Assembly (NCBI GenBank): GCA_036172245.1
Contig: JAYWIR010000031.1
Location: forward strand, 2,418,001-2,482,000
Length of the DNA stretch: 64,000 nucleotides
Source: Raillietiella orientalis
Lineage: Eukaryota
Direction: 5' to 3'
Under the pieces are notes generated by a model that saw only the letters and a list, made by a program, of their open reading frames with translations, did no database searches and was not told the origin of the DNA. Shown here in pieces: positions 52,566 through 62,246 of this stretch. Made by a program: the position numbers and the translations under genes. How positions within the stretch are numbered: position 1 is the first letter of the stretch; the number at the start of each line of letters is the position of its first letter.

Positions 52566-53420
52566 GGTTTTTCACCCGGGTGAGCCGGGGCTTTCATTAT
52601 TAAAATTTTTACAATACAAAAAATTTCATAATAGTCTTGATTTTTTCGTTGTTCTGCTTGTTTTTCAATCGGAACACATGGAACGACTGTCTTGAGGGAC
52701 TCGTCCTTACCGACCCGCAGGCCGATAAGGTCCTCCATACTGACGCGGGGGCGGGAAAAACAAAACGAAAAAAAAAAAAGAAAACGCCTGGGGGTAATGT
52801 CCATTGGGAGAAGGGGGAAGGGAAGGGATCACGGTACGCCGTGAGGAGGCCTCTGCATCCGGTCACGGATGCGGACGAGTGCCTGCAAATGCTTTCCAAG
52901 TCGGCTCCAACGGCCGGCCTTCTCCAAGGAGATGGCTGTCCAGTGGGTGGCATTCCGACTCTTATGTCCTCTCCTTGACGCGGTCCACTTGTCCAGGATT
53001 CCGCGTATGCAACAGAGCACTGCTACACACCCGCAAGTTGGCACGGCGTCCCGCATCAGGAGGCATCTGAATAGGTTTTTCGGGTCGCCGACCGGAATGT
53101 TCAGGATCGACGAGAGTCGGTCCCACATCTCCCGTAGGGCGACACACTAGAATCAGGTGGGCGAAGGTCTCCCGTTCCCCGCACTCTGTGCAGTTGGCAT
53201 CCACATTCCCCGATGTCCAGTGAGAAAGGCGTGCTCTGCATAACAGTACCCAATGGAGCAGAAGCAACGCCATCTCTTGCCACTGCAGGGAATCGTGCCA
53301 TTATCCCGAGCATCTGGGGGCCACTTCACCTCCTCCGGAGGTACGTCGAGCAGCGCTCCCCAGCGTAAAAGTCCGTTCGGCGGGACACTCGGGGTACTAG
53401 CTTCCGCTATTTCCCGGGAA
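52566..53420 (-). mobile_element. 5'-truncated family-C element (C-terminus plus 3'UTR)
   Basis: Closely similar to 4535-5395; CTECGERETFAHL; ends GAAAGCCCCGGCTCACCCGGGTGAAAAACC. Confidence 0.9.
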
Positions 53421-54952
53421 GCGCCCAGCTGCTGCTGGGCGCGTACACGTTCGTGACCACGAGGCGATGGAGGTGAGACGTCCACTCCCACCGAATCGGT
53501 CCCCGATACAGCACGGGCGTGGAGCGCCGTCGTAGCGGCGCCAACGCCTGCAGCCGCGGCGGAATTGAACGCCTACTTAAAGGACGAGTATAACTCCTCT
53601 CCTCAACAAGGTAGGCAATCTCTATGCCGGCCAGTTTCGAGGCCGACAAGCAGGCGCTGGACTAGGACTGCCTCTTCAAAGTGCATTTCCCAGTGTCCAA
53701 GCGTAAGGCGTCTGGTCTCTACCCAGAAGTCGGTAACTTGCGGGCCCGAGGCAGAGTTCGCAAACGCAGCTTCCATCCCCGTGGCACCCCGCAGGAAGGC
53801 TGGACGAAGGTCCACCAATCCACCGAAGACCCTTTCCCTTGCCGAAGAGGAGGACATGGCTTCCGGAAGCGAGGGTGCCATTAGCGTGGGCGAATCCCGG
53901 AACTCGTCGCCTGAGAGAATCCTACGCTCAGACACGGAGGGCATTGAAGGGGTACAAACCGTACAGGTGTCGCAGGGGCCTCAGAAGGCCGAAACTCCCA
54001 TGTCCATCTCACCCGCCTCGGAAGAGACTCCTCGCCAGAAGAGCGACACGCTGCGGAGGATTGCCCTCGATCCTCGTGGCCTACCAGCGCAGCCTCAACA
54101 ACCAGCTTTCATCTGCTTCAGATGGTTGCTCTGATGAGGGAGAATACCTGGATCTCCTGCCTACCGGCGAACTGCACTGCCTGGCTTCAGGAGTCAGTTT
54201 ACGCGTGGGCCAAGATCAACGGCACAAGCGAGGCGGATAACAAGTGCATCTGTCGAGGACCCAAAGCTAGACAGCCCCTGCAGGAGATCATCAACAAGCC
54301 GCGAAAGCTTCTGTGGGCTTCTTTCATTCTCCTTGCCCCCGTTCTGTCCTACCTGAAGAACATTGGGAGCAACAACGAGGTAGCATCGAGGGAAGTGTCC
54401 TGCCTCATGCGAGGCAGGAGAAAACCTTTTAAGGCGTGGACGAATCGGGAGCTAACGGACGCTGCCACCCCGAGCGTCCCGCCTCGAGGACTTGCGTGCT
54501 GAGGAGAACTGCTCACAATAACTCCGGAGGAGAAGTGGTCCCCAGCGTGTTGGGATAGTGGCATCCTTCCGTCGAACTGGCAGACGGCGTTGCTCTTCCA
54601 GCATTAGGGACTGCTAAGTACAGCACGGCCGAGGTTCCTCCTCCGTCGAGGCCTGTATCCGAATCGGCCTCGACGGAGGAGGAAGAACTGGTGCGCGATG
54701 CACCCCCTCCATCCGTTCCGCCCGATAAGGTGGCGGGAACCGTACTGCCACGTTCCCACGAATAACCCCTGGGCTCGCCTGTCGCCGAAGGATCCGCGTG
54801 GCCTGTTGGAATGTACACGGGCTGCGCGACGACGGCAACAGGCGAGATACAGCCGACACCCTGCGAGAATTCGAACTGACGCTTATGCAGGAGATCCACG
54901 TGATCACTGCAAGAGACGTCGAGGAGATCGAGAGGATCGCAGAAGATCGGTT
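53421..54952. mobile_element. Fine patchwork: endonuclease scrap (-), ORF1 pieces (+), family-C ORF2 piece (+, about 54040-54625) and ORF1/endonuclease junction (+, about 54660-54952)
   Basis: LVVTNVYAP (-); AELNAYLKDEYN; ENTWISCLPANCTAWLQES; CACGAATAA followed by ACWNVHGL..MQEIH. Confidence 0.8.
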
Positions 54953-55323
54953 GTTTGTCACCCGGTTGCGCCGGGGCGTTTATTATAAACTATCCGGGAA
55001 CAGGGTTCCCGGACAAAGGGGAAAACAAGAGACGAAGGGGGTGGGATCCCCGACACGCAGGTCGGTATGCCGAAAGTCCGGAACGGGAGGGAAGGGACCA
55101 CAAACACACTACTATATAAAAAAATAAAAGAAAAATATGGAGGGCAGGGGACAGGGGTCTTTGGTAAATCCGTTCCTTCCTTTCAAAACCGGCGATGGAT
55201 GCCGGCGATCTCTCTCCTTACGCCCTGTGGCAGATGGGCCCACTGGGCAGCCGACGACATGTTTGCGCTGGCTAATCCGTTGGGCTGACGAAGGATGGCC
55301 AGCTTCTCCAACTCTCGGTGGGC

Positions 55324-58300
55324 CTAGTCGAAGGCGCGGGTGCAACACACGGTTGCAACGACAGCACCCAATGACAGGCCGCCTGGGGTGAAGAAGCGGC
55401 GCATCAACTCCCTCGCGGTGTCCCCCTGGTGCAGGAGAGCTGAGGACAGCCTCCGCCAGAGTCCTAGAAGGGCACCGCAGTCCAGGAGGAGGTGCGGGAG
55501 CGTTTCCACTTCCCCGCACCTCTTACAGTTTGGGGAGACGACTCCCCCGGAAACAAGGTTCGTGCGCTGGTTGGAGTGAAAACTCCAATGCACCAGCATA
55601 CTCACGTCCTGCTTCCACGAAAGGGGGAACACAGAAGTGTTCAGACACGAGGGAGGAACCACAAGTTCTTCAAGGGGCACACTCAAGTGTTCGCTCCACC
55701 GAAGGAGTCCCTTCGGAACGTGGCGAGGTGTGGCGGCGTCCGCCAGCTCGCAAGTCTTCCAGCCGCCAATAGGTCGCGTTGTTCCTGCGAGGGTGCAGGC
55801 GACCTCCCATCTCGCCGGTTCGCAACTGTCATCTCTTGCCCTGAGGGCTGACAGTGCGTCTTCGAGGGGGGTGACGGCCAGGCGGGTCCACTTCTCCTGG
55901 CTGTTGCACACCTCATCCACCGTGCAGTACGGGGAGAGGTGAGCGCAACGGAGTTCCAGGAGGGAAACATCCTGGTGCTTTGCCCAGCCATATAACGGTT
56001 CCTGCCGCCAGGCTTCAAAGTTCGTTGGGCGGCAGGAGATCCATTCCTGGGCTTCCAGGAGCCGATACAGCGGTTTCAAGGGGAAACCGAAGCTTCTCGT
56101 GGCGCGCTCCGTGTGCGGCCGCAGCGACAGAAGTCCATCGCTGCCTGTGCAGCGCCGCAGAAGCAGGCGCGCAGGAGCGCACCACGGAGTGGACCAAAGG
56201 TTGGCGCACAGGGCCAACATCCGAAGCTGCACCTGCAGCTCGATTCTCTCCAGCGTCAGGATGCCTAAGCCAGCATCCCGACGCGGAGCCGCCAAGTCTT
56301 TGAGGCGGATCCTGGACCTCGCAGGTCCCCACAGAGCGTTCCTCAACAGGCTGTGCGCCTGGAGCTTGGCCGAGTAGGGGGGCGGGCAAACAAAAAGCAG
56401 GAGGCGCAAGAGGGGGGCAACGAAGGTGTTCCATATCGTGGCCCGCTCCGGCAGGACGAACCTGCCATGGTGGAACGGGCTCAGGGCATTCGAAGCCTTC
56501 CGAAGGCAGTCCGACCACACTTCCACTGGGCTGATGTTCCCCAGCGGAACGCCCAGATATTGCACGGAGGAAGCGGTCGGGATCCCCAGGCGGATCCAGT
56601 CGGCCTGCCCCACCCACGCCGCACCAATAGGTACGACCACGCTCTTGCTCCGGTTTACGCTCATGCCCGCTCCCCGGCGAATCAGCTCGAAGAAATCCTC
56701 GAGACTGGACGCCGGGGTGGTCATGGGTAAGAGGAGACGCAGGTCGTCAGCATAGGCCGCCACGGACGGCGTTCCTGGACAAGAGCTCGGCAGGTTGGCC
56801 AGCGTTAGCCTGTACGCGCTCAGCACCAACTCCAAGAAGATGCTGAAGAGCAAGGGGCTTAAGCTGTCGCCCTGCCTGATGCTCCGCCGCGCCGGCACGC
56901 CGTGCACGTGGCAGCCGCTAAAAGAAATGGAAATGAGCGCGTGGCGCCAGCAAGCGCGCAAATACGCCACGAGGTGCACCGGGAAACCGAGGAGTTCCAG
57001 GAGCTCCAGCAGGAGATCCTGATTTACGCAATCGAACGCATTGCGGAGATCGACCGCGACCGCCAAGGCACCCGGCGCTTCCCCAGGCCGAATGCAGCGA
57101 CGCCTAGCCTCGGCAGCCGCACACGCGGTTCCCTGGCTGTCGTGCGCCACGCAGCGTTGCAGCTCGAGCCACGTGCGCGCGAAGAACAGGTTCGCCTCCA
57201 TGGACCGCCCGGGAACAGCGTAAGACTGCTCCGGACTTACCACGGATCCAGCGATCCTGCCCAGGCGCGCGACCCACAGCCTGGAGAACAACTTGACGTC
57301 CGCATTCTTCAAGGTGATGGGACGCCAGTTGCTTAAATGGTGCATGTCTCCGCCTTTCGGCAACAGACGCACCCTTGCTGAGCGAAACGAGGCCGGGACA
57401 TTGCCCGTCTCTCGCATCAGCGCAGAAAGCCTCAGCACCAGGGGGATGAGTTCCGCCGCGAAGCACTGGAAGAACTCCGCAGGCAGACCATCCTCACCTG
57501 GCGCCTTGCGCTTCTTGAGGCCCGCTATGGCGGAAGACACGTCTTCCGCCGTGAAGGGCAAGTCAAGAGTGGCGCGTTCCTCCTCGTCGACCGCCGGGGA
57601 ATCCGCCGGCAGAAGCAGCTCCGAGAGACTGCGTTCCGTCGGCTCCCTAGCGTACAACAAGGAGTCATAGCGCTTTAGGAGGCGGCGAACTTCGGCCGCG
57701 CCCGAGCACTCCAGGCCCTGGTCGTCGAGCAGACAAGCTGCTCCTGACTGCCAGACCTGGCGCTCGGCCTTGGCCTTGTACTCCGCAAGGTACCGGACGT
57801 CCGGGCATCGGAAGAATTGGCGGGCCTGCAGAAACTCTCTGCTGTTGGCCACGCCTTCCCCGAAGCCACGGGGAAGCAGGCGCAAGGGGAACCGGCTGCA
57901 GAACTCGCGGACCGATCTTTTCAGATCGTCCCAGTCCACGAGCTCTCGAACGGCAAAGGTCCGGAGATGCTGGCGGAGGTGCTCCGCAGCCACCGGATTT
58001 CTCAACCAGTCGGCCGGCAACCTCCAGACGTGCGTCGGAGGGCCCTTGCCAGGCGGGAGTAGCTCAAACTCCAGCCTGTAGTGGTCGGAAAGCTCGGACG
58101 GCACGGGACCTCTTCGACCCACCCGACAATGCAGGTGATCGTCGAGGAACACATGGTCCGGCAAAGCACGCATTACGGGATCGTCGGCCAGCAAATTCGA
58201 GGCGTGCACCGACGCGCACACCTCGTTCACCAGCCGTTTCTCCCGGCGACGGTGAGACTTCTCCGATAGCGCGTGGACGTTGAAGTCCCCGGCTACGAGG

Positions 58301-58761
58301 TGAGCCACGTCGGGGCCGGAGTTGCTGAGCCAGCGGTCGCGCAGTCTCTCGAAAAACTCCAGTTTCTCGGTGTGACGCGCGGAGCCGCTCGGCGCGTACA
58401 CGTTCGTGACGACAAGGTTGATCGATTCGGACCACTTGAGAACAAGTTGGCCCACACGACCTTCCTCGTCGAAACAAACGCTCCGCACCGCTCCCGCCAC
58501 CCTGCCCCGGACAAGGAATGCGACTCCGCAGGTATTCTGGGAGCCTGACCTCCAATGGAGCGTCCCGCCTGCTCGAACTTGCAGATCGGCCGCTTGCTGC
58601 TCGGAGAGTGCGTGAATCTCCTGCAGCAGGGCCAGATCGAAATCGCGCAAGACGTTGGCAACCAATCGCCTCTTCTCGTTGTCCTGCAGCCCGTTGGCGT
58701 TCCAACAGGCCACTCGGACGCGACGGGAAAAAGCAACACCGCGCATTGCTGCTACGGACAT
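55324..58761 (-). CDS. ORF2 polyprotein: AP endonuclease, reverse transcriptase and C-terminal Cys motif (1145 aa from the ATG; premature stop, native end probably 55183)
   Basis: WN, LQE, NVYAP, GDFN, DH and SDH (endonuclease); KAPGEDG, NWRPI, DLRNAFD, RQGDSLSP, YADD and YLG (RT); CKRCGEVETLPHLLLDC. The TAG at 55324 corresponds to AAG in the copy at about 14090. Confidence 0.93.
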   Translation of the reverse strand: MSVAAMRGVAFSRRVRVACWNANGLQDNEKRRLVANVLRDFDLALLQEIHALSEQQAADLQVRAGGTLHWRSGSQNTCGVAFLVRGRVAGAVRSVCFDEEGRVGQLVLKWSESINLVVTNVYAPSGSARHTEKLEFFERLRDRWLSNSGPDVAHLVAGDFNVHALSEKSHRRREKRLVNEVCASVHASNLLADDPVMRALPDHVFLDDHLHCRVGRRGPVPSELSDHYRLEFELLPPGKGPPTHVWRLPADWLRNPVAAEHLRQHLRTFAVRELVDWDDLKRSVREFCSRFPLRLLPRGFGEGVANSREFLQARQFFRCPDVRYLAEYKAKAERQVWQSGAACLLDDQGLECSGAAEVRRLLKRYDSLLYAREPTERSLSELLLPADSPAVDEEERATLDLPFTAEDVSSAIAGLKKRKAPGEDGLPAEFFQCFAAELIPLVLRLSALMRETGNVPASFRSARVRLLPKGGDMHHLSNWRPITLKNADVKLFSRLWVARLGRIAGSVVSPEQSYAVPGRSMEANLFFARTWLELQRCVAHDSQGTACAAAEARRRCIRPGEAPGALAVAVDLRNAFDCVNQDLLLELLELLGFPVHLVAYLRACWRHALISISFSGCHVHGVPARRSIRQGDSLSPLLFSIFLELVLSAYRLTLANLPSSCPGTPSVAAYADDLRLLLPMTTPASSLEDFFELIRRGAGMSVNRSKSVVVPIGAAWVGQADWIRLGIPTASSVQYLGVPLGNISPVEVWSDCLRKASNALSPFHHGRFVLPERATIWNTFVAPLLRLLLFVCPPPYSAKLQAHSLLRNALWGPARSRIRLKDLAAPRRDAGLGILTLERIELQVQLRMLALCANLWSTPWCAPARLLLRRCTGSDGLLSLRPHTERATRSFGFPLKPLYRLLEAQEWISCRPTNFEAWRQEPLYGWAKHQDVSLLELRCAHLSPYCTVDEVCNSQEKWTRLAVTPLEDALSALRARDDSCEPARWEVACTLAGTTRPIGGWKTCELADAATPRHVPKGLLRWSEHLSVPLEELVVPPSCLNTSVFPLSWKQDVSMLVHWSFHSNQRTNLVSGGVVSPNCKRCGEVETLPHLLLDCGALLGLWRRLSSALLHQGDTARELMRRFFTPGGLSLGAVVATVCCTRAFD

Positions 58762-59555
58762 GGAGGTGCGTTCCTCGCCCCGTCCGGCGAGGCACCAGCC
58801 GGGAGCACGGCGGATGAGGTAGCGCAAGCGCTTCCTGTCCCCGCCGCGCCGCTCGCGGCCGGCTCGGTGGAGTCGAGGACCATTGCCTCGGGCTCCGAGG
58901 AGCATCGGGAACCGTTCCCGGCATCAGGCTCTTGCCTGGCAAGTTTTGGCTTGCGCGCAGCCCTGGCCTTGACCGGGGCTTGGCGAGCCTTAGCGCTGCC
59001 CTCGGACTCCACCTCGGAGTCCGGATTGCGCGCGCGCGGCGGGCGTTTCGCCTGCCTCTTTGTTTGCTGGCAGCCCGGAGCTGGTCCAGCACTCTTAGAG
59101 GGTGCCTCCATCGCCGATCCCCCTTTCGGGGTCACGGCTTCGGCATCTCCCCTCTCGCCGCGGGTGTTTGCGGCGGCGCGCGCGGCGGTAGCAGAGGCTT
59201 TTCCTTGCGCCTTTCTGGGCGCGCGGGGTTGCCTCTTCACCCCGCCTACCTTTTGGATCGGGAAGTGGGAAGGATCGCGCGGTTTGCGCTCCTTCTTTCT
59301 CCCGACGAAGGTCCAGCCATCCTCGCCGCCTTCCTGTTTGCCCCGGTTGGGCGCGAGGGCTTCCAGGGTCCTTCGCATCCTTTCCAAGGCCTCGGATACG
59401 GCGATGGAGGCCAGTGTCTCCTTCGCCACGTCTGCCTTCTGCACCTCCTTACCGGGAGGTGCGGGCACAGTGGCGGGATTCTCGGGTGTCGCGCGAGGCT
59501 TTTCAGCCTTTGCTGGCGTTCGGCCCGCTGTGGCCGGCTTACCTGTCGCGGGCAA
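58752..59555 (-). CDS. C-terminal, Ala/Pro/Lys-rich part of family-B ORF1
   Basis: Open frame whose stop overlaps the start of ORF2. It contains GWTFVGRKK, resembling the W..V..KK motif in the other ORF1 tails. Confidence 0.7.
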   Translation of the reverse strand: MPATGKPATAGRTPAKAEKPRATPENPATVPAPPGKEVQKADVAKETLASIAVSEALERMRRTLEALAPNRGKQEGGEDGWTFVGRKKERKPRDPSHFPIQKVGGVKRQPRAPRKAQGKASATAARAAANTRGERGDAEAVTPKGGSAMEAPSKSAGPAPGCQQTKRQAKRPPRARNPDSEVESEGSAKARQAPVKARAARKPKLARQEPDAGNGSRCSSEPEAMVLDSTEPAASGAAGTGSACATSSAVLPAGASPDGARNAPPCP

Positions 59556-59949
59556 AGGGGCGCGCGACCCCTTTTTTGACGCTCCGGTGGTCTTCCCGGG
59601 CGTGCCACCGCTATTTCGCTCCGGAGCGAGAGCGGACGGAAGCGGCGGTGGTTTTGCAGCCTGCCCGATGTTATCGGCGGGCTGGGTCGCTCGGGGCTTT
59701 ACTGAAGCAGCCTGGAGAAGCTTCTTGTCCTTTCGCGCGGGTTTTTGTGGAGCATTGCTCCGAGAATCGCCCGCGCAAGCGGACTTTTCACTTCTCCGCT
59801 GAGAATGCTCGTTCGCGCCTGATTTCTTCTCCGACGACGGGGCGGATGGAGTCGGCGCGGACGGCGATGTTGCGGGGAGGTTTCTCTCCCTCCTCTTTCG
59901 TTTCAGCTAGGCGCACTCGTTAATCGACTGGCCGAGCAGCTTACAGTAT

Positions 59950-60751
59950 CCACGGGTGAACTGGCGGACGCCAGTACCGCTACCGTCCAGCCGAGAGGAC
60001 TCCAGAGATGGGGTGAGCTACTCGGCATCCAGCCGGATGACCTGAAGTGGCCCCCGGTATTAATTGGATCTAGGATCCTCCCCCTGAAGTGGCAAAAGTC
60101 GGCGCTTCTGTTGCTGCATTGGGGTCTACCCTGCAACGCACGCCGCCACCACTGGACCAGGGGTCGAGTAGATCCTACCTGCATCAGGTGTGGGGAACGG
60201 GAAACTCTCCCCCACCTCCTTGTTGATTGTGCTGCCCTCCGACCCCTGTGGGAACGTCTTCGTGCCTCCCTACGGATCCAGGAGGGCAGCCAGCCCAGAG
60301 ACGTTTTTCGGCTGCTGTTCGTGCACGATGCCCTGCGTCCAGCCGCAACCCTGGCTGCACTTTGCTGCGTACGCGGGATTGTGACGTGCTGGAGCAACGT
60401 CGGAAGACCGAGCCACGACAGGGATGCCGTCGTAATTGCAGTCCGCTACCTGCGGATTGTGACCAGTTGGCCCCACCTGGGAATTATACGGACGGACCTC
60501 GAGGGCATCCTGCGAAGGATGGACCCTCCTCCCAGTGGTCAGTGATCCCTCCCCAACCCTCCCAAATCTTTTTGTTTTTATGTTTCATTTTTCTTTTTGT
60601 TTTTTCCCCCACCCCCTTCCGCTGCCGAGGAGAGTCGCGCCGGTCTGCGTACCGGCGACCCGGCAGGTCCAGTTGAGTTGGCCGTAGTGGGGCCTCGTAC
60701 CAGGAATCAAAGAGAATTTTTAATAAACATCCCGGCGTGACCGGGTGGCAA
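59950..60751 (+). mobile_element. Family-A C-terminus (stop 60545) plus complete 3'UTR
   Basis: WGLPCNARRHHW..CIRCGERETLPHLLVDC; ends AATAAACATCCCGGCGTGACCGGGTGGCAA. Confidence 0.9.
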
Positions 60752-62246
60752 CTATCAACTTGGCGTCCGTATTCACGATCGTGATCGGACGCCAGTTCTT
60801 TAAATTCCTGAGGTCTCCCCTTTTCGGAAGGAGCCTCACTCTGGCTGACCGAAACGAGGCGGGAACATCGCCTTCGTCTCGGATCAGCCTGATCAACTTG
60901 AGCAGCAGGGGTGCCAGCTCTTCCGCGAAGCTCTGAAAGAACTCCGCGGGCAAGCCGTCTTCCCCTGGAGCTTTACGCCTCTTGAGCCTTTTGATACCGG
61001 CGAGAATTTCGCCGGTGGTAAAAGGCTCGTCGAGGCTTTCCATCTCCTCCTCCCCTATTGCCGGGGCGCCATCCGGAAGCAAGCGCCGAGAGGCGTTTCG
61101 ATCCGGGAGCTGCCTGGCGTAAAGGGAGGAATAAAAACTCCGCACGAGATGCCGTACCGACGCCGGGGACGAGCATTCCCGGTCCTGGTCGTCCAGCAAG
61201 CTGGCCGACCCGAATTGCCAGGCTTGGCGTTCTTCCCCGGCGCGGTACTCGGCCAGGCGACGGACATTAGGGGTTCTCTCGTACCTACGAGCCTGTAAAT
61301 AGGCCCGATGGTTGCGAGGATCCTCGCCGAATCCGGGGGGCAGGCGGTCCAGGGGGAACTGTTCGCTTAACTTCCGGACCGAGGCCTTGAGAAGGTCCCA
61401 ATCCGAGAGATTCTGGAGCGTGACGCCTCTCTGGAATTCGCGAAGGGGTTCCTTCGCACCTGAGAGTCGCGTCCAGTCCCCCGGCAGACGCCAATCCCTG
61501 GATGGCGGTCCCTTTTCACGAGGCCGCATCTCGAAAATTAACCGGGAATGGTGCGACAACGTCGAGGCAAGCTTCCCCCGTTTGCCGACCCGTGAACACA
61601 GGTCAGCGTCGAGGAAGACGTGGTCGATGCTGCAGACCATTCCCCTCTCACCCGCGAACAAGTTGCGCGCACGCATGGCGGCGCACACCTCGTTCATCGC
61701 GTTTTCTTGTGTTTCTGGCTCACCTTTTAGCAGACGAAGATTGAAATCTCCCGCTATCAGGTGAGCCTTCCGCACGTTCGTGTCTGCCAGCCAGTCGCGC
61801 TTCAGGGATTCCAGCAGCCTGGTGCGGTCGCTGTATCCCTTTTTACCGCTGGCGTCGTACACATTCGTGACGATCAGTTCGATCGAGTCGGACCAGCTGA
61901 GAATCAGCTGACCGACCCGACCGTCGTCATCGAAGCGCACGCTTTTCACGGCAGCGTCGATGGCCGGCTTCACGAAGAACGCGACCCCGCAGGTGTTGCG
62001 GAGGCCGCACCGCCAATACAGCCGACCCCCCGCGATCGTCTCGATCTCCTGGACGTGCGCCGCGGAGATCACGTGGATCTCCTGTAGCAAGGCCAGGTTG
62101 AACTCACGCAGTGGGTCGGCTGTGTCTCGCCTGTTGCCGTCGTCGCGCAGCCCGTTGACATTCCAACAGGCGGCGCGAATCCGACGGCGACTGGCGAGCC
62201 CAGGTGTTATTCCTGGGAAGATGGCGATGCGGCATCCGCCACCTGT
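60752..62246 (-). CDS. Family-A ORF2, N-terminal half (endonuclease, linker, RT start), cut off by the antisense 3' end at 60751
   Basis: Frame open from 62246: ACWNVNGL, LQEIH, TNVYD, GDFN, IDHVFLD, KAPGEDG, NWRPITIVNTDAK. Confidence 0.9.

Larger units (their letters stand above)
54953..59920 (-). mobile_element. Best-preserved element: family B with ORF1 C-terminal part, ORF2 and 3'UTR; 5'-truncated
   Basis: Continuous ORF1 tail, overlapping ORF2 and terminal hairpin. The 5' boundary is approximate. Confidence 0.92.

Noticed and set aside
55324..58905. RT as a bacterial retron, group II intron, DGR or defence-associated RT
   Set aside because: The N-terminal AP endonuclease, gag-like ORF1 with CCHC knuckles, many decayed copies and a spliced host gene identify eukaryotic non-LTR retrotransposons.
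58762..58905. 48-residue N-terminal extension of ORF2 in the ORF track
   Set aside because: It overlaps the ORF1 tail in another frame. The ATG at 58761 overlaps the end of ORF1 and sits just before the endonuclease, so it is the more plausible start.
58064..59802. Long alternative-frame and antisense ORFs (342 aa, 415 aa and similar)
   Set aside because: These are shadow frames of GC-rich ORF1/ORF2 sequence with no recognisable motifs.
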